Positions 35,723-38,596 of a stretch of 38,596 bases of DNA are shown here, piece after piece; position 1 is the first letter of the stretch; the number at the start of each line of letters is the position of its first letter. The notes under the pieces are model-generated. The model was not told the DNA's origin, searched no databases, and saw nothing but the letters and a program-made list of their open reading frames with translations. The position numbers and the translations under genes were made by a program. Location: IMG/VR virus record IMGVR_UViG_3300017780_001773, positions 1-38,596 of that record, one strand, 5' to 3'. Source of the stretch: a virus. Taxonomy: Duplodnaviria > Caudoviricetes.

Positions 35723-36949
35723 TCACAGGAGGTCAGCACCCTCCACATCGGAAATTGGTTGGAACTCGGTGTAGGTGTCCAGGACCTCGCTGGGACGCTC
35801 ATCGTCAAGGTCCACCATGGTAAACCCATCGGACGGCTTGTTGTGCACGAGCATGTCCCACATCATGTCAAAGTCCTCATCCCGCTTTTTCTTGGGGATC
35901 AGCTTTTCAGCTTGGGGGGCACTGACGAGCTTCCGGGGTGCGTACACATCGATGTCAAGGTAGCTCTCCAGCAGGGTCAGGGCAGCCTCCTCGTCCCGCC
36001 ACACCCGGCTGCCTTCCTTCCGGGCCACGAGCTTCTTGCGCAGGTCCGGTCCCTTGTACCCGGATCGGAGGAGGTTGAACAGGTGCTTGTCGATGGCCGT
36101 GAACCATGCGCTGAAATCCTCCTTGAGGTCCAGGACCCGCTGCATCATTTCAATGGTCATGTGGTCCAGAGCGGGTAGCTGGCGGATTTCGTCAGGGAGC
36201 AACTCAGGGGTCAACGCTTCAAGCATATTGTGTCCTACTGTGCCGAGAAGCTTCCGGGCACGCTCTGGGCAGATCGCTGCTGCCTTACACCACTGGCAGG
36301 TGGTCTTGGACATCGAGAAGCGGAGGTTGCGCCGTGCCTGGATGTCAGCCGCGATCCGGCCAATGTCATCGGTGTACTCAAGAAGCTCGTGCCAGCGCAG
36401 TGCCCAGATGGTGATGGGTTCCCCGTGGCTGCAGCGGGGTTGGTAGATCGAAAGGGTGATGAGCGTCTCAGGGAGGATCTCATGACCCTGCTCAATGAGC
36501 ATCTCACAGGTGCTGCGTCCGTAGATCGCCAGCTGCTTGTTGTCCCGTGCGTACACGGCTTTTCCCTCACCGTATTTGAGGTCAGTGATGTAGATGTTGC
36601 CACCAGCGGTGAAGCGGATGACTGTGGCGTCAACCTTGCCCTTGCGGGCTGGCATGTACCAGAGAGGAACCTGCTGCTCAGCAACGAGGCGATCCCCGGG
36701 GGAGAACTTGTCAAGGACAAACTCAACATACCCCTCAAGGATTGCCCGCATCCGCTTGTCTGGTATCGTCGGGTCCTCCCCCTTCAGCATCGCTTCTGCG
36801 AAGTCGTGTGCCACGTTGCCTTCCTTGCTCCATACGCTACCATCGTCCTCTGGGATCTTATCATGGTTGTCACATATGAAAACTGGGGCCATTGTGCACT
36901 CCGTCCACGTTTCCGCGTCTGAGGGTCTGAGGCTGATTCTACCAGACAT
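35723..36949 (-). CDS. DUF2800 PD-(D/E)xK (Cas4-like) exonuclease
   Basis: 'PS...W..C', 'EG..AH', 'G.VD...DLKYG.G', 'QL..Y', 'CQWCKA...CP'. Confidence 0.9.
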   Translation of the reverse strand: MSGRISLRPSDAETWTECTMAPVFICDNHDKIPEDDGSVWSKEGNVAHDFAEAMLKGEDPTIPDKRMRAILEGYVEFVLDKFSPGDRLVAEQQVPLWYMPARKGKVDATVIRFTAGGNIYITDLKYGEGKAVYARDNKQLAIYGRSTCEMLIEQGHEILPETLITLSIYQPRCSHGEPITIWALRWHELLEYTDDIGRIAADIQARRNLRFSMSKTTCQWCKAAAICPERARKLLGTVGHNMLEALTPELLPDEIRQLPALDHMTIEMMQRVLDLKEDFSAWFTAIDKHLFNLLRSGYKGPDLRKKLVARKEGSRVWRDEEAALTLLESYLDIDVYAPRKLVSAPQAEKLIPKKKRDEDFDMMWDMLVHNKPSDGFTMVDLDDERPSEVLDTYTEFQPISDVEGADLL

Positions 36950-36984
36950 TGGATTGGGGTCCTTGAGGGATTGCTGGGCAGGAT

Positions 36985-37437
36985 TTACAGGCTCAGGATG
37001 GCTTCAAGACCTTCGTAAGCTTCAGCATACTTGTCCTCAGCGAGGACCGTGATGGAGGCTGCGCCAAGTCCGTCGAGCAACTCCTTCATCTGGGGCTGCT
37101 TCTTGGCCTTGAGGATTTCCATGCCCTTGTTGCGAAGCATCTCCAGGGTCACTTCCGATGCAGCTTCACCGCCACCGAGGAGGTCAAGGTCAGCCTGTTC
37201 AGCGGCAGCAGCTTCAGCGGCAGCCTTCTCAGCAGCCTTCTTGGCAGCAGCTGCAGCACGGGCTTTCTCAAGGCCAGCCGTGTTGCCACCACCGGTAGCG
37301 GTAGGCTTGGCGGGGGTTTCCGCCTTGGCACCGGGTCCGGCGATGATGTTGCTTGGAGCACCGGCGTTGCCACGGATGGCTTCAGCGATGTTGTTGAGGG
37401 CAGCGATGAAAGCTACCAGGAATTCAGTGATGTTCAT
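36985..37437 (-). CDS. Ala-rich protein typical upstream of DUF2800
   Basis: C-terminal 'LL..LGA..I..L.E.KY.E' motif. An in-frame upstream ATG at 37602 is an alternative start. Confidence 0.7.
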   Translation of the reverse strand: MNITEFLVAFIAALNNIAEAIRGNAGAPSNIIAGPGAKAETPAKPTATGGGNTAGLEKARAAAAAKKAAEKAAAEAAAAEQADLDLLGGGEAASEVTLEMLRNKGMEILKAKKQPQMKELLDGLGAASITVLAEDKYAEAYEGLEAILSL

Positions 37438-37620
37438 GTTCGTGTTTTCTTGGGGTTGTGTTTTGTCTGTTCTGTCTGCCAGGGTGGCAGGAGATTGGGG
37501 GAGGAGTTCCGCGTCAACGGCTGCGCTGCGCAGGCTGTTGAATCGATTGTCCTGGTCGATACGGTAGTAGCGATCCTGGTAAACGTAAATGGTGGATTTC
37601 ATCGGGTTGAGTTGGTTGAA

Positions 37621-37692
37621 GCACGGGGTACAGATGACGCAGACGAGAGACTACCACTAGAACATCGTCTGCGTTCTCACTGTACCCCGTGC
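37621..37692. ncRNA. Candidate structured small RNA (long hairpin)
   Basis: 13-bp GCACGGGGTACAG/CTGTACCCCGTGC plus 10-bp ACGCAGACGA/TCGTCTGCGT stems in an intergenic gap. Confidence 0.45.
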
Positions 37693-37743
37693 AGCAATTC
37701 CTTGGGGGAAATCCTTCAGAGGGGCGTGGTAGCCGCAATCAGG

Positions 37744-37770
37744 ATTCTACCCGGGGTGTCCAAGGGTCAA
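37744..37770 (-). promoter_or_regulatory. Candidate sigma70-like promoter
   Basis: TTGACC-N15-TAGAAT on the - strand; spacer is short. Confidence 0.35.
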
Positions 37771-38596
37771 GGTTTCTTTTTCTTGCCAGAGGGTTTCTTG
37801 GGTTTACCAAGCATTTTTGCTTTCCAGTCTTGGAAGGATAGCAGTGATTCCAACGTGGGCGCGGGTGGCTCAGGAGGCTTGGGGCGGATCGCCTCGATGG
37901 CGCGGTCAAACTCCACCTTGTGGCGTCCCTCCAGTGCCAGGGTTTCGTCCCAGGCATCCTGGTCAATGATTCCCTCAAGGGCACCCTCAATGAGATCCCC
38001 AAGCTGAGTGGGGCTGAGGGCATCGAGTTCCCAGCACTCCTCCCCGAACTCAGCCAGGTAGGGTTCAAACCGGGGATCGGTCCCCTTGGCGGGTGCCGGA
38101 GGAGGATTGTACTGCCGGACCTGGTCAATGTTGAGTGCCATGCGCTTGACCGTCAGGAGGTCCCCGTTGCCAAACCTCTCGTTGAACATGAACATCCGGT
38201 CAAAGATGTCACGAGTCATGTCTAGGCCGGATGGATCGTGGTCCCCAAAGTGGAGGATGGTGGTGGGTTGCCCAAAGGCACGGAAGTTCTGGAGGTGGCG
38301 TTGGTGTGCCTCCCACTGGGCTGACTGGCTGACGTATCCCTTGCAGGCGAACACGGGCACATCGAACTGGCCACAGGTCCGTTCCATGATTGACGCCAAA
38401 GCATCCTTCTCCACCCACACCTCAACCCGGCACGGCTGGTCCCCCCACTTGGGTAGGCGATACTTGCGGCGTGCCTCCCGGATCGAAAGCTCCGGGGACT
38501 TGTCCGAATGCCAGAAGGTGGTGCTGCGTCCCCGGTCCTTGATCGCGTCCCAGTCCACCAGGCCGGCAAGCCTCCCGTTGGAAATTGCCTCACCCA
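37767..38596 (-). CDS. Toprim-domain protein, Topo VI-A / DUF2399-like (5' truncated)
   Basis: Frame open to the window edge ('..GRLAGLVDWDAI.DR'); 'VEVWVEKDAL', 'KGY.S.S', 'GDHDPSG', 'WELDAL'. Confidence 0.8.
   Translation of the reverse strand, partial: GEAISNGRLAGLVDWDAIKDRGRSTTFWHSDKSPELSIREARRKYRLPKWGDQPCRVEVWVEKDALASIMERTCGQFDVPVFACKGYVSQSAQWEAHQRHLQNFRAFGQPTTILHFGDHDPSGLDMTRDIFDRMFMFNERFGNGDLLTVKRMALNIDQVRQYNPPPAPAKGTDPRFEPYLAEFGEECWELDALSPTQLGDLIEGALEGIIDQDAWDETLALEGRHKVEFDRAIEAIRPKPPEPPAPTLESLLSFQDWKAKMLGKPKKPSGKKKKP

Noticed and set aside
35723-36949. Cas4-like nuclease as a sign of CRISPR-Cas
   Set aside because: It is a DUF2800 protein in its usual SSB/PolA context. No repeat-spacer array or other cas gene is visible.
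1-38596. Apparent abundance of CCCGGG/CCGGG words as a modification or restriction signature
   Set aside because: Cannot be quantified by eye and may follow from CGG/GGG/CCC codon preference; needs a Markov-model k-mer test.
1-38596. tRNA, integrase, intron/intein or transposase
   Set aside because: No supporting motifs seen; TerL, PolA and the helicase are of ordinary length.

Overview
The window is a large fragment of a tailed dsDNA phage genome (siphovirus-like, GC-rich). The + strand arm (811-23426) is the morphogenesis operon: terminases, portal, MuF/gp7 head protein with a C-terminal ParB-like domain, scaffold, capsid, head-tail proteins, tail tube, frameshifted tail chaperones, tape measure and tail tip. 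A lysis cassette is embedded among the tail-tip genes. The - strand arm (23503-38596) carries small early-type genes, a replication block (PolA, DUF2815 SSB, DUF2800 nuclease, VRR-NUC, SNF2 helicase, Toprim protein) and a compact thymidine hypermodification cluster. That cluster comprises a dUMP hydroxymethylase, a 5hmdU DNA kinase (aGPT-Pplase1), a P-loop kinase, an amino acid:DNA transferase (aGPT-Pplase2), an HD hydrolase, a DUF3310 protein and a stand-alone class II glutamine amidotransferase. The GATase sits where characterised pathways have PLP, radical SAM, flavin-lyase or GNAT tailoring enzymes, which suggests a different modified-thymine chemistry. A primase/VapE-like gene starts divergently at the left edge. 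Other points: a ~93 bp repeat with copies 12 kb apart, a long hairpin whose loop is antisense to a repeated early-gene leader motif, a shared C-terminal EGx(D/E)LL motif on unrelated proteins, a VWA domain inserted in a DUF1833 tail protein, and AC-rich leaders lacking Shine-Dalgarno sequences. All family assignments come from motif recognition by eye, not from database searches.
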